This document shows, in pieces, positions 29,959 to 42,057 of a DNA stretch of 64,000 nucleotides (position 1 is its first letter; each line of letters opens with the position of its first letter). The notes beneath the pieces were generated by a model that saw only the letters and a program-made list of their open reading frames with translations, made no database searches and had not been told where the DNA came from. This DNA comes from Octopus vulgaris (Eukaryota), in assembly GCA_951406725.2 (NCBI GenBank), contig OX597818.1:6324001-6388000 (forward strand). The letters are read 5' to 3'. Position numbers and translations under genes: made by a program.

Positions 29959-29980
29959 TACATACACATACATGTATATG

Positions 29981-30111
<131 letters not shown>

Positions 30112-30410
30112 AGTATATGTTTCAACGTATTAAACACAATTCAACAAATTCATTCAGATTTATGTAATAGCGGAGACTAGATGTTAAAATGGGTAAGTAG
30201 AAAATCGCAATCGTGAAATTTGTACTCCTTGGTATCTGGTATAAAAACTAAAAAAGACGTTAGAATTACATAGATTTTTTGTCTTAGTTATATTTTAATA
30301 ACGTTTTCGTTCATGCAGTCATGTCTATTTAGTACCAGACTAAAACTATATATAATTGTATGCTAATATATGTAATCTTAAAAAAGTAACTGGTATCTTC
30401 TCCATAAATT

Positions 30411-31543
30411 TTTATATTTGTACCTATTTAAAACTCAGTAAATGAATTATATCAACTGGTCAGACTGCATATAGTAGTAAGTACGATAAGTAATCCACAT
30501 AAGGAAGGGAATGGATTTTGAAATATAAATTTTGATTTTACTTAACTGTCAATTATCATTTCAACTTAAGAAATTATTTTAAAAAATGGTGTTTAATAGA
30601 ATTCAATAATAATTTCAGGTGTAGAAGCCTTAAATTACTGAATATCATTAAATTATATATATATATATAATAAATATTAGGGAATAAATCCAAATTTACA
30701 GGGAAAAAATCAGATTTAGGATTAAATCCAATTTTATAGTAAAATATTATATAATATTAATTAGAGACAAAACCACTATTTTGCAAAACAAACAAGGAAA
30801 GACTTAATCAATACATAAAATTTTAATAAAAAGTAAAAAAAAGTAAAAGATAAGTTTCTGATCCTTGGCTCTACATACTGCCTACCTAAAGCTTTGTATT
30901 GAGCATTAACATTTTGGAACCACAAGATAGTGAAGGTGTGTGCCTTGTTAAGGCATTCAGGCCATGGGTTCACATTGCTCCTCTCTATTTCAGCTGCACT
31001 GAGTACCAACCAGGTGCTGGGGCAGCCCTCTCTCTCTGTTGAGATAGCTGTGATTTGATTTAATGAGCAGCCAAAGCAATTAGCAAAAACATAGTATCAT
31101 AGTATATGTTATCAAGCCATACTCTCTTACAAGTGATGACTAAGTGGGGTTTTTTTATCACTACAAAATTTTTAAAAATATATATAATATAATTACAAGA
31201 AAGCAGCTGAAGATTCATTCGGTTACCTGTGCTTACTATTATTCTAATTATGGTGTTTTGGATTACATCATTCTGAAATTATTATTGAATTCTATTAAAC
31301 ACCATTTTTTAAAATAATTTCTTAAGTTGAAATGATAATTGACAGTTAAGTAAAATCAAAATTTATATTTCAAAATCCATTCCCTTCCTTATGTGGATTA
31401 CTTATCGTACTTACTACTATATGCAGTCTGATCAGTTGATATAATTCATTTACTGAGTTTTAAATAGGTACAGATATAAAAAATTTTATGTATTGATTAA
31501 GTCTTTCCTTGTTTGTTTTGCAAAATAGTGGTTTTGTCTCTAA

Positions 31544-31553
<10 letters not shown>
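30411..31553. repeat. Inverted duplication: 30411-30618 vs 31273-31480, and 30750-30824 vs 31481-31553
   Basis: 208-bp arms with two mismatches seen; second pair is the terminus of the repeat starting at 30671. Confidence 0.95.
30671..30850. repeat. Interspersed repeat terminus (probable pLTR), same family as 34811-34960
   Basis: aatattaggga.ta.atccaaa.ttacagggaaaaa..agatttaggattaaatc at both loci, each directly after (TA)n. Confidence 0.7.
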
Positions 31554-31598
<45 letters not shown>

Positions 31599-31762
31599 AC
31601 TTCTTTCTAAAACATTCAAAGGTACGGGTGACACTATGTATACATGATATCCTAAGATCTAGTCGATTATTAATCAGGTTACTTTTAACGTTATGCTTAA
31701 AAATTTAATGTTTCCATAGAGCACAGCTCACGCCCATGTTTGCTATTACTATAAGCCTGTGC

Positions 31763-31842
<80 letters not shown>

Positions 31843-31963
31843 ATTAAAAATTAGGATTAAATCTTTATAAGAAATTATCAAGTAGTTAGCGTGAAAAGAA
31901 CTCATAAGGAAAACATTTATTAATTATTCGCTTTAAATACATTTATTTATATAAACGGCATTA

Positions 31964-32346
31964 TCTCTCTCTATATAAACGGCAGTTTGTCTGTGCGTTT
32001 TCTGTGTGTCTGTTTTCTCGTACCCTCACCCTGACCACGGCTTTCAACCGATTCTGATGAAACTTGACACACACATAGCCCAATGTCATAATTCAAAACT
32101 AACGCAGCGAAAATTTTGAAAAGTTCCCCCAGTTCTGAAAAAATCGATAAATTCGACATGGGGTCGAGAATCAGAAACCCAAACCACAGACCGTCTAGGG
32201 GACGCAACTCCGCCTTTTTTAACTCTCAAACAAAATTTACCATCATTTTTTTTCCATTTTTTTGCTATTTTTTGGCTATAACTCTCTAAAAATGCTTTAT
32301 AGTTATTTCCCTTACAAACCTGAGCAACGCCGGGCGATACTGCTAG
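31964..32346 (+). mobile_element. Non-autonomous Helitron (383 bp)
   Basis: Starts TC after A, ends with a subterminal hairpin cctgagcaacgccggg and CTAG before T; no TSD. Confidence 0.8.
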
Positions 32347-33673
32347 TTATATATAAATGCCGCACGGATGGAGGGACTCTTAAAGTCAAAGCTACCATAA
32401 GAAACACATTATACTGAACGCGAGGGAATGCAACTCTCGAAGCGAGTCTTTTATAAACAGATTCAGTTGCAGACCATATGATTTCCAAATTAGTGCAGAA
32501 AATGCACTTTTTAATCGTTAGTGAATGCATAATCTAGATACATAAAAAGAACAAAAATCAACATACCGGACGAACACTAAATGTATTCAGCATACTACAT
32601 AGAAGGCGGTGTTTTCGAATTGCATATATATATAGTCTAGTCCCCCAAATTTTCCAATGGTCCTGGTTGGTGGGGTGATATCATCCAAACCGGTAGCCAT
32701 ATGCACTTCTACGGATTGATAATGCTGGTTAACATACGTGAATGTGTGTACCTTCAATTGGTTCGTTTAACTAATCTTCGTACAATCTCACACCTGAAAT
32801 TCAAGTTGTCTCAAAAGAGACTGTATGTTTTTTCGATAGACGAGAAATACTAATGATTCAGTTAAAGAAAAACAGAGAGAAAAGTATATCCAATTTTTTA
32901 TTATGCTGTAATTTATATTCTTTTTCCCTACGTAACGTTTCCATCACAATCAAGATGAATCTTACTCATCTTTTAATGCATTATGATACTACAAACTATC
33001 AGGGGTTTCATCAGGGTATTTTGACCTCCAATTTCATTTCTTCGAAATGGAAAATAGTTCCAACCAATTAAAGTTTTTGTTCTCTTTATTATTTGTTAAT
33101 TTATCCTCAAGGTAGGATCGTTCTAAACTAGCTCAAACTAAACTTGTAACTCTATTGGTTAAAGGTAAGAAGTAACTGCCATAAATTTAGGCCATATTAT
33201 GATTCATCACGTTTGAGTTTTTAAGATCAATTTACTGCAATTAATTTTTGTATAGTTCCTGTCCCTAATCATTCGTTTACACTATTTATACTACGCCCCG
33301 ACCAACCTGTAATTATTGTTCCCACAACTTTTGTTTACATTATCAATAATTATTAATCTTAGTAAGTATCTTTCAATTAAAATATTCATATAATCTAATT
33401 TAATTTTACGGATATTCAATTAATTGGTTAGCATATTTCTGCTTTATAATATTTATTATCAGCTATATTAAATTAACCTTGAGTTTACATTTCTAACTGC
33501 TACTCTACCCTAGTTTTATTTAATATTAATTATTATCCAATTATTTGTAGCTATTTTAGATATGTTTAGCTAGAAATTCGATTTTCTCTACTCTTATTTC
33601 CTTAAACGGATTCATTGTTCACACATACACATACACAGAGATAAATAGATGCACAAGCACACAGACACACACA

Positions 33674-33737
<64 letters not shown>

Positions 33738-33899
33738 CACATACACAAAGATAAATAGATGCACAAACACACAGACACATACACACACACACATATATAT
33801 ATATACATACACACATATATATATATTGACATATATATATATCTGTATCTACATTGACATATTTACATATTTATTTATATATGCATATACATACGCACG

Positions 33900-33937
<38 letters not shown>

Positions 33938-33989
33938 AGGAAATCGTTAAAAAGGGAAACGTAAATGGATAATAAAATAATATTATTTT

Positions 33990-34168
33990 CTACTCGAGGC
34001 AAGAGACCTGAGATCTTGAGTGGGGTGGACGGGACAGTCGATTAAATCCACCCCAGTATGCAACTGGTACCCCGAAAGGACGAAGGTCACCCTTGGCGGA
34101 ATTTGAACTCACAATGTAAAGAGAGACTAAATACCGCTAAGCTTAACGTTTCTGCCAGCTCACCACCT
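33990..34168 (-). mobile_element. tRNA-derived SINE, second family
   Basis: ccccagtatgcaactggtac...cgaaagga...ggcggaatttgaactc; related copies at 59920-60312 and 59095-59270. Confidence 0.75.
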
Positions 34169-34474
34169 TAAGAGAATCTATTAAAACAGAACGGTATTCA
34201 GTTAACGTCAAATGAAACGATGGGTAATTGCATAATTATGCACACATCTGCATACAAAACTAGGTACGCGCACATAGACTCATATGAACACACACACACA
34301 TATACACTTACGAATATTCTGAAACTGTAGAACACATTAAAATTTAAACCCATGAAAAGATAAACCTATAAAAGAAAATCTTATATATAAATTGTGTATC
34401 TACAGGCATGCATGCCTGCAAATACATACACGTTACCTATTACACTTTTGATTTGTTTTGCTCGCTAAAGTTTC

Positions 34475-34789
34475 TGGTGTTTGCTGAATTTTCTAGGGAA
34501 CATTTCTTAGTGGTAAGACCATAGCGGATCTACTTCTAGCATTAGGGTGTCCACATAGTAGTAATTCCTCTCATATGCATGTAATTCTATTTACTGAACC
34601 TCAAGTTTTTAATATGCTAGACCACTGGTTTAACACCAGTGGTCTAGCATATTAAAAACTTGAGGTTCAGTAAATAGAATTACATGCATATGACAGGAAT
34701 TACTACTATGTGGACACCCTAATGCTAGAAGTAGATCCGCTATGGTCTTACCACTAAGAAATGTTCCCTAGAAAATTCAGCAAACACCA
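34475..34789. repeat. Near-perfect 315-bp palindrome (155-bp arms, 5-nt loop ttaac)
   Basis: 34475-34629 is the reverse complement of 34635-34789 with one mismatch seen. Confidence 0.98.
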
Positions 34790-34810
34790 TATATATATAT
34801 ATATATATAT

Positions 34811-37110
34811 AATATTAGGGAGTATATCCAAACTTACAGGGAAAAATTAGATTTAGGATTAAATCAAATTTCACCGTATAAATATAAATTAAATTAGAGA
34901 TAAAACCATTGTTAGGCAACTTAAACAGTGATAGACATAAACCAAAATATAAAAAACAAAAAATAAATATAGTTAATATAATATACAATATATATATGAA
35001 ATATAAAATTTAAAATTTAAATTATTAAAATTTGAAATTTAAAAGTTTATACTTATAAATTTTTATATTTTTATATTTTTATATTTTTATATTTTTAAAT
35101 TTTTAAACTTTTTTAAACTAAGCAAAAAGTATAAAAAAGTTAAATATAATATAATAAGTAAAAACACTACGTACGTTTCATGGCTATAATTCAATTCGAA
35201 TTACAATTAAGTTTAAATCGAATTAAAAATTCGAATTATAGATATAGTCAATCGTCAGGTTAATGATAATAGTTAGATAAATAAGCAAATAGAGTTAAAC
35301 AATATTTTTTAAGAAATAAATAAAATAATAATTTTTCTTATAAAGAACTCTATTTTCAAATTAGAAACTGAAAACATTAGGATTATATCATAAAACCCAT
35401 TTATTATGTTAAATATTAATTTATAAGGTAAAAAAAATAGATATAAAAATGTATTTAACTATTAAGATATAATATAGCTTTAAAAACATAATAAACTCAC
35501 GAATATACTTAACTCAATTATAGTCAATATCTAAATTATTTAACAAAATAATCACTACTTATATTTTTAAATTTAAGTTCACATCTAATAATTAGAAAAT
35601 ATTTAAGAATAATAACTAAATTATTATCAATAAATATAATAATTAAGATCTAAAATGTACTCTATCAATAAATATATAGACATATAATGAAAAATAAATT
35701 AATTAATTAGTACATTATTACTTACGTAAATATTATATATCAATATAATATATTTATGAAATATATTAAAAAATTAAAGAGGAAAAAGCAAATTATAAAT
35801 GTATAACCTATCTTAAAACAACCGTATAACTATTTAACGATCTATATATCTCGTTGGCTAAGTAATAACTTACAAATAACGTACAGTCATAATCTAATAA
35901 TGAAATACATGTCTTCAACAACTAAATAATTATAGAATCAAATTAACAATCAGTAGTTATATAGTATCCAATACAATATAACATAACTTATTAAAATAAC
36001 TTTAATAGAAAATGTTTACTTAGCTTTCAAATCGTGTCATTAACTAAAATTATAATAAACAGATGGAACATTCTTTTAACAATGAAAACTACGAATATAT
36101 TTTATCAATGAAAATTACGAATAAATATTATCAATGGAAAATGGCTATATTTTAGCTATAATAGATAAAGAGAACAAAGTCACTATTAGAGATATCTATT
36201 AAGATATAATATGGCTTAAAAAATAATAATTACGAAATTATTTAACTAAATAATCATTATTCATATTTTTAGATTTAAGTTCACATCTAATAATTATAAA
36301 ATATTTAAAAATTAATAACTAAATTATTATCAACAAATATAGTTATTAAAATCTAAAATTTACGATATCAATAAATATATAGACATATAATGAAAAATAA
36401 ATAAATTTATTAATCCAGTACTACTTACATAAATATTAACATAATATATTTATGAGTTACATTAAAAAATTATAGATTAAAATCAAATTATATGTTAGTA
36501 ACCTAACTTAAAAAACCGTATAACTATTTACGATCTATAAATCTCTTTGGCTAAGTAATATCTTACAAATAACGTACAGTTATAATCTAATAATTATATA
36601 CATATCTTCAACAACTAAATAATTATAATAACAATCAGTAGTTATATAGTATACAATATAATACAATAAGACTTATTAAAATACTTTAAAATTTTAACTA
36701 TAAATGATTTACGTAGCTTTCCACAGTCGTTCCATGAAAAATTAAAAAATTAAAAAATTAAAAAATTAAAAAATTAAAAAATTAAAAAATATAAAAATAT
36801 AAAAATTTATAAATATAAATTTAAAATTTTCAAATTTTACTAATTTAAATTTTAACTTTTATATTTTATATATATATTGTTAATTATATTTATTTTTTGT
36901 TTTTTTTTGTTTTGGTTTATGTCTATCACTTTGAGTTGCAAATCTCTAAATTTGTTTTACTTTTGTTAAATGAATATAAACTATGTTTTTCATATATACA
37001 TCTATTATTTTAAGGAAATTAATTTCCCCCAAATACTAGGTATTGAACCAATATTTCCTTGGCTAAAACCATCCCTTCATGTGGTAAACACAACTTCTAA
37101 TCTAATTTTA
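34811..37110. mobile_element. Extremely AT-rich non-coding PLE-like derivative with inverted arms and an internal tandem duplication
   Basis: Inverted arms 34916-35108 / 36738-36939; direct repeats ~35459-36030 / 36137-36720; hammerhead-like core at 35162-35260; flanked by (TA)n. Confidence 0.6.
35162..35260 (-). ncRNA. Hammerhead-ribozyme-like motif with long stem II
   Basis: Minus strand: CTGACGA-TTGACTATA...TATAGCCAT-GAAA-CGTACG-TA; both core boxes intact, palindromic stem III, weak stem I. Confidence 0.6.
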
Positions 37111-37133
37111 TACATACATACATACATACATAT

Positions 37134-37186
<53 letters not shown>

Positions 37187-37190
<4 letters not shown>

Positions 37191-37808
37191 TAAAAAATGG
37201 AGTTAACGCAGGTGTAATCAAATATTTTTACTTTCGACATATGTTTCGAAAATTCCACTGATACTATTCAAAAGAATAAATGGTATAAACAGAGCAATCT
37301 CCTCGACCATTTAATCACATAACGCTTTTTCTTTCACATAAAATATACATGTAAAACATCACGGAAGATGAAACATAACTCATCAGTACAAGCATATAAG
37401 AAAATGCAAGAAAAATGTGTGAATACAGTTCATCATGGTTAAAAGTTAATACTTTAGCGATTAAGAAATATATATATTTTTTAAACATTACAACACCTAG
37501 AATAATAAATACGTAAAAATATAAAGTAATATATAAATATATAGATATATAAAAAAATATATAAAAATAAATATATATAGGAAGCATATAAATAAGTAAT
37601 ATATAATATATAAGGTAAGATAAAAGTTACTTTCCAGATAAGGGAAACCTATAGTTAAAAGCCAGTGTCCAAGCAGAAAAGAAGAAACCATATTTACATT
37701 CCCTATGGCCATTTCAGGAGTACATCACTGTAATTAATGCACGAGGGTGTCTCACAATAATTACTCGTTCATCAGAGGAAAAAATAGAGAGACACACATC
37801 ACGTACTA

Positions 37809-37810
<2 letters not shown>
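37187..37810 (-). repeat. PLE-like terminus between (TA)n tracts
   Basis: First 55 bp resemble 7635-7690; GAAA-CATATG-TC half-core on the minus strand. Confidence 0.45.
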
Positions 37811-37859
<49 letters not shown>

Positions 37860-37860
<1 letters not shown>

Positions 37861-38044
37861 TAGCAGTAATGCTCGGTGTTGCCTGGGTTAAAGAAAATAA
37901 TGAAATTTAAAAACGCCGCCCAGATTAAGCAGGTCTCAACTACTAGTAGCTGAGATACCAACTTTCTACATTAATAGCTCTCCATTCCATGCCAGCATAC
38001 AACATAGACGCTAAGTGAAATGTTAAAAGAAAGTTTTCAACTCA

Positions 38045-38090
<46 letters not shown>

Positions 38091-39030
38091 AACATGTGTC
38101 ATGGCATCTTGTGTGCGCTCATGCAGCAATCGTGGGCTTGTTGTGAATGATGATGGAAGTATGATTATCTGGCCCATGTTGTTGACATCATGATCGTTCA
38201 GCATTGCATCTTGCCGATGTGCATATGATTCCACTCAGTTTCTTCTAATTCAGTCTCAAGTAGAGTAACCAGTCACTTTCGATTTTTGCGTACGTATCAA
38301 CAATGAACTGACTGAACATATCTATACAACATAGGATGTGGTTTGAATCTTGAATCAGCGGTAGTAGAGAGCCAATCCGATGATAAATCTGACCTAGGAT
38401 CTTGAAAGTTTGCATGAATCCTTGTTCAGTTATATCTCTTGTGATAAATGATGTCATCTGTAGTGCAGCGTTGCATTGTCTAATTATGCTTTGTAAGTGC
38501 TTAGTACCTTGGTCAGTTGATGACAACAGTTTCTCCCATGGCTCCGGAGGTTAGATGATTGCAGGGAGTTTAAACTTTCTACCACTGCAGCACAGTGCAG
38601 GTGTCTCTCCAAGCCACTCCCTTACTTTTCAATGTATGTATTTAGTTGTTATTGCACTAATGGAAACTCTTATGTCATCTGCATAATGATTTCCTGGATC
38701 ATAATTGAAAGCTGCTTCATAGAAATTACTTCTCTAAGCTGTTGCAACTGCTCTTCGTTCTGCAGTGGCAATCCTATTCCTTGTCAACCGTGCATACCTC
38801 TGTTCATCTCTGAGATGTTCTGGCTTTTGTAGTGCACAATCTGTTCATTACTTTGTATGCTTCCCTTTCTACACCTGTCTATCTTTCCCTGGACAGAGAC
38901 ATTCTTTTGACTGACCTTGACGTAGAAAAATTTGACGTTTTCCTTCTAGGCATGGTTATATATGTATACAGAAATACACGGGTGCGAAAGATAATAAACA
39001 ATGAAAACAACTGGGTAACTGAAATTATAT
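37860..39030 (-). mobile_element. Internally deleted Helitron with RepHel N-terminal/Rep relic (5' boundary uncertain)
   Basis: IRQCNAALQMTSF, FKILGQIYHRIGSLLP, FSQFIVDTYAKIES..LLYLRLN, ILPSSFTTSPRLLHERTQDAM; 3' end hairpin cccaggcaacaccgag + CTAG at 37860. Confidence 0.88.
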
Positions 39031-39510
39031 TTCTTAATACGACGGGCAGTAAGTAAATAAGAAAAGTTTGCGGAAAATAAAGAACTGTACGGGTTGAAGC
39101 GAAATTTGTCACTCAGTGAACCAAAGAGCCATTATCGAATGAACCAGAAACAAATCGTCAACAACAGAAAAAACACAAAACCGTTGTAAAATTAAAAAAA
39201 GAAATTTCTAGGGAAATTAACCAAGTGTACGGATTTAAGAGATATTTTTGAAATTACTTATGTCAGCAAATTATGAAATTACTTTCATCCGTAATTGTGT
39301 ACTTCTTTCTGTCAGTAATTCGTCGTTGTTGTTTGTGAATAGCGATTGAAAACATACAGTGAAAACAATACAGAGTGCGTGAGATACAGATAGAGGGAGA
39401 ATGAGAGACACATAGGTATTTAGACAAGATAGATATAGCTAGATAAAATATAGACATATAGATACAGAGAGATAGATAAATATAGAAAAAGAGTGATAGA
39501 GGTAGAGGTG

Positions 39511-39565
<55 letters not shown>

Positions 39566-39618
39566 GGATAGATAGGCAGATATATATATTGATATAGAAA
39601 GATAGAAAGACAGGTATA

Positions 39619-40003
39619 GGCGCAAGAGTGTCTGTGGGGCAAGTAGCTTGCTTAGCAGGCACATGGTTCCGGGTTCAGTCACAGTAAGTGGCAACTTGGG
39701 CATGTGTCTTCTAGTATAGCCTCGGGCTAACCAAAACCTTGTGAGTGGATTTGGTAGACGGAAACTGAAATATCACCGTTGTATATATATATATATATAT
39801 ATAGCCGCCACTAGTCGCCATGAAAGATCGTTAGCCACTACACACATTTTTTTTCTCCTTGTTTTTTTTCTGTGTCTCTTTCTGTAGAAGAGCGTAGGCT
39901 CGAAACGTAAAATATTTTTCTATTCCTGAGCGTTATACTAATACATCTGTTTGTTTTTTACACCACCTGTCTTCGTCTTTTGTTTATTTTCGTAAACTCT
40001 CCC

Positions 40004-40046
<43 letters not shown>

Positions 40047-40280
40047 GTATATATATGTATATATTTGTATGTGTATGTGTGTATGTGTGTGTGTATTTGT
40101 TTATCCCCCAACATCGCTTCACAACCGATGCTGCATGTTTACGTCGCCGTAACTTAGCGCTTTGGTAAAAAGAAACCGATAGAAAATGTACTAGGCTAAC
40201 AAAAAATAAGTCCTGGAGTCGATTTGTTCGACTAAAGGCGGTGCTCCAGCCTGGCCACAGTCAAAGAATAAAAGAAAAGA
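39619..40280 (+). mobile_element. tRNA-derived SINE (family of 12087-12505) interrupted by a pLTR-like insert at 39803-40003
   Basis: 5' half 39619-39781, 3' half ~40100-40280; insert lies within the internal (TA)n. Confidence 0.85.
39803..40003 (+). repeat. Solo pLTR-like repeat with hammerhead-like core (39878-39912)
   Basis: ctttCTGTAGA-A-GAGC-GTAG-GCTC-GAAA-CG-TA-aaa; homologous to 29760-29958. Confidence 0.6.
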
Positions 40281-40532
40281 AAGATTTGTGTGTGAGTGCG
40301 ATATGTCCCGTGTTTATGAGAGGTTAGAAAACCAGAAGAAAGTATTTTAAAACTCTCAAAGACGTGAATCTAATTCAAAAAGCAATATTTTTATTTTTAA
40401 TAAAAATTTCAAATGAAAAGTCCAACATGTGTCCGAGGTCAAATTATTCATGCTTCGCCAATATGGAAGCAAATGGTGAAGCCATTTTCGTTTGAAAAGC
40501 AAATGCACACACAACCCTCTTTCGTATATATA

Positions 40533-40577
<45 letters not shown>

Positions 40578-40645
40578 TTTATCTTTTATCTTTTACTTGT
40601 TTCAGTCATTTGACTGCGGCCATGCTGGAGCACCGCCTTATATAA

Positions 40646-40715
<70 letters not shown>

Positions 40716-40984
40716 CATACATATATATATATTTGCTAGAAAGAAGCAGAAACCGCGGTACGAGTTGTTAAAGTTATCGGTAAACGTTTTTGATTTTCAC
40801 TCTCGATAAATTCATCCCCTTTTTGTGTTCCCAGCACTCGGCATTTTTATTTAGGAGCCCTTAATTGTATAACTACATGAATAATATTTTTCTATATGAA
40901 TAATATTTTTGTCTTATGACTAATTCGTCTTTTGTGCTGGGCACCTGGTAGTAAATAATATTACTACCCTTCTTGTTTATATTC

Positions 40985-41044
<60 letters not shown>

Positions 41045-41146
41045 ATATATACATATATATATGTGTGTATATATATATACATATATATATGTATGTATAT
41101 ATATACATATATATATATGTGTGTATATATATATACACATATATAT

Positions 41147-41184
<38 letters not shown>

Positions 41185-41197
41185 GTGTGTGTATATA

Positions 41198-41259
<62 letters not shown>

Positions 41260-41662
41260 CGTGTGTGTAATCATGAAGGAATCTGCCCATAATTGTGTGT
41301 GAGTAAGCCAATAATTGTATGTGTGTGCATATATACATTAAACAAGATGATGCGTACGTTAAAAATAATGCAAAACAATAAAATACAGAAAGATAGCAAA
41401 AGTATAGAATATAATGTGATTACGTGATCGACTAGACAACTTTGGATTTTTTGTAACATTATATGCAACTTCAGTTGTAATACAGTCAGCTGTATGGTGA
41501 CCATCAACTTGTCGAAATTTCTTTAAGCTTCAATAGCAGATGATGCGTATAACTTAAATGATTATAAACGTGTTTTATAAAATATTGTCTGCCTTTCCTC
41601 ATCTGTAGTAGCTGCATAAATGCTTGAAGTTTACTATCCTCCTACACTCGGGTCCTTTGATG

Positions 41663-41694
<32 letters not shown>

Positions 41695-41698
<4 letters not shown>

Positions 41699-41956
41699 CG
41701 CGACCAGGCTATCAGATGTTGCTACATATCGCTGGTCACAATGCGCTTCGCATTGCTTTAGTCTTCAAATGACGCCACCCGCTGGCTAAGCGAGCAGGCC
41801 AACAGAAGAGTGAGAGAAAGTTGTGGCGAAAGAGTACAGCAGGGATCGCCACCCCCCTCATTCCGGAGACTAGTGGAGCTTTAGCTGTTTTCGTTCAATA
41901 AACACTCACAACACCTGATCTGGGAATCGAAACCGCGAGGCCATTGCGGCCTCCAC
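41695..41956 (-). mobile_element. SINE-like element, third family
   Basis: GC-rich block between microsatellites; minus strand has B-box-like gcggtttcgattccc near its 5' end. Confidence 0.55.
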
Positions 41957-42026
41957 GCACGCACACACACACAGACACAGACACACACACACACACATAC
42001 ACACACATATATATATGTACATATAT

Positions 42027-42057
<31 letters not shown>

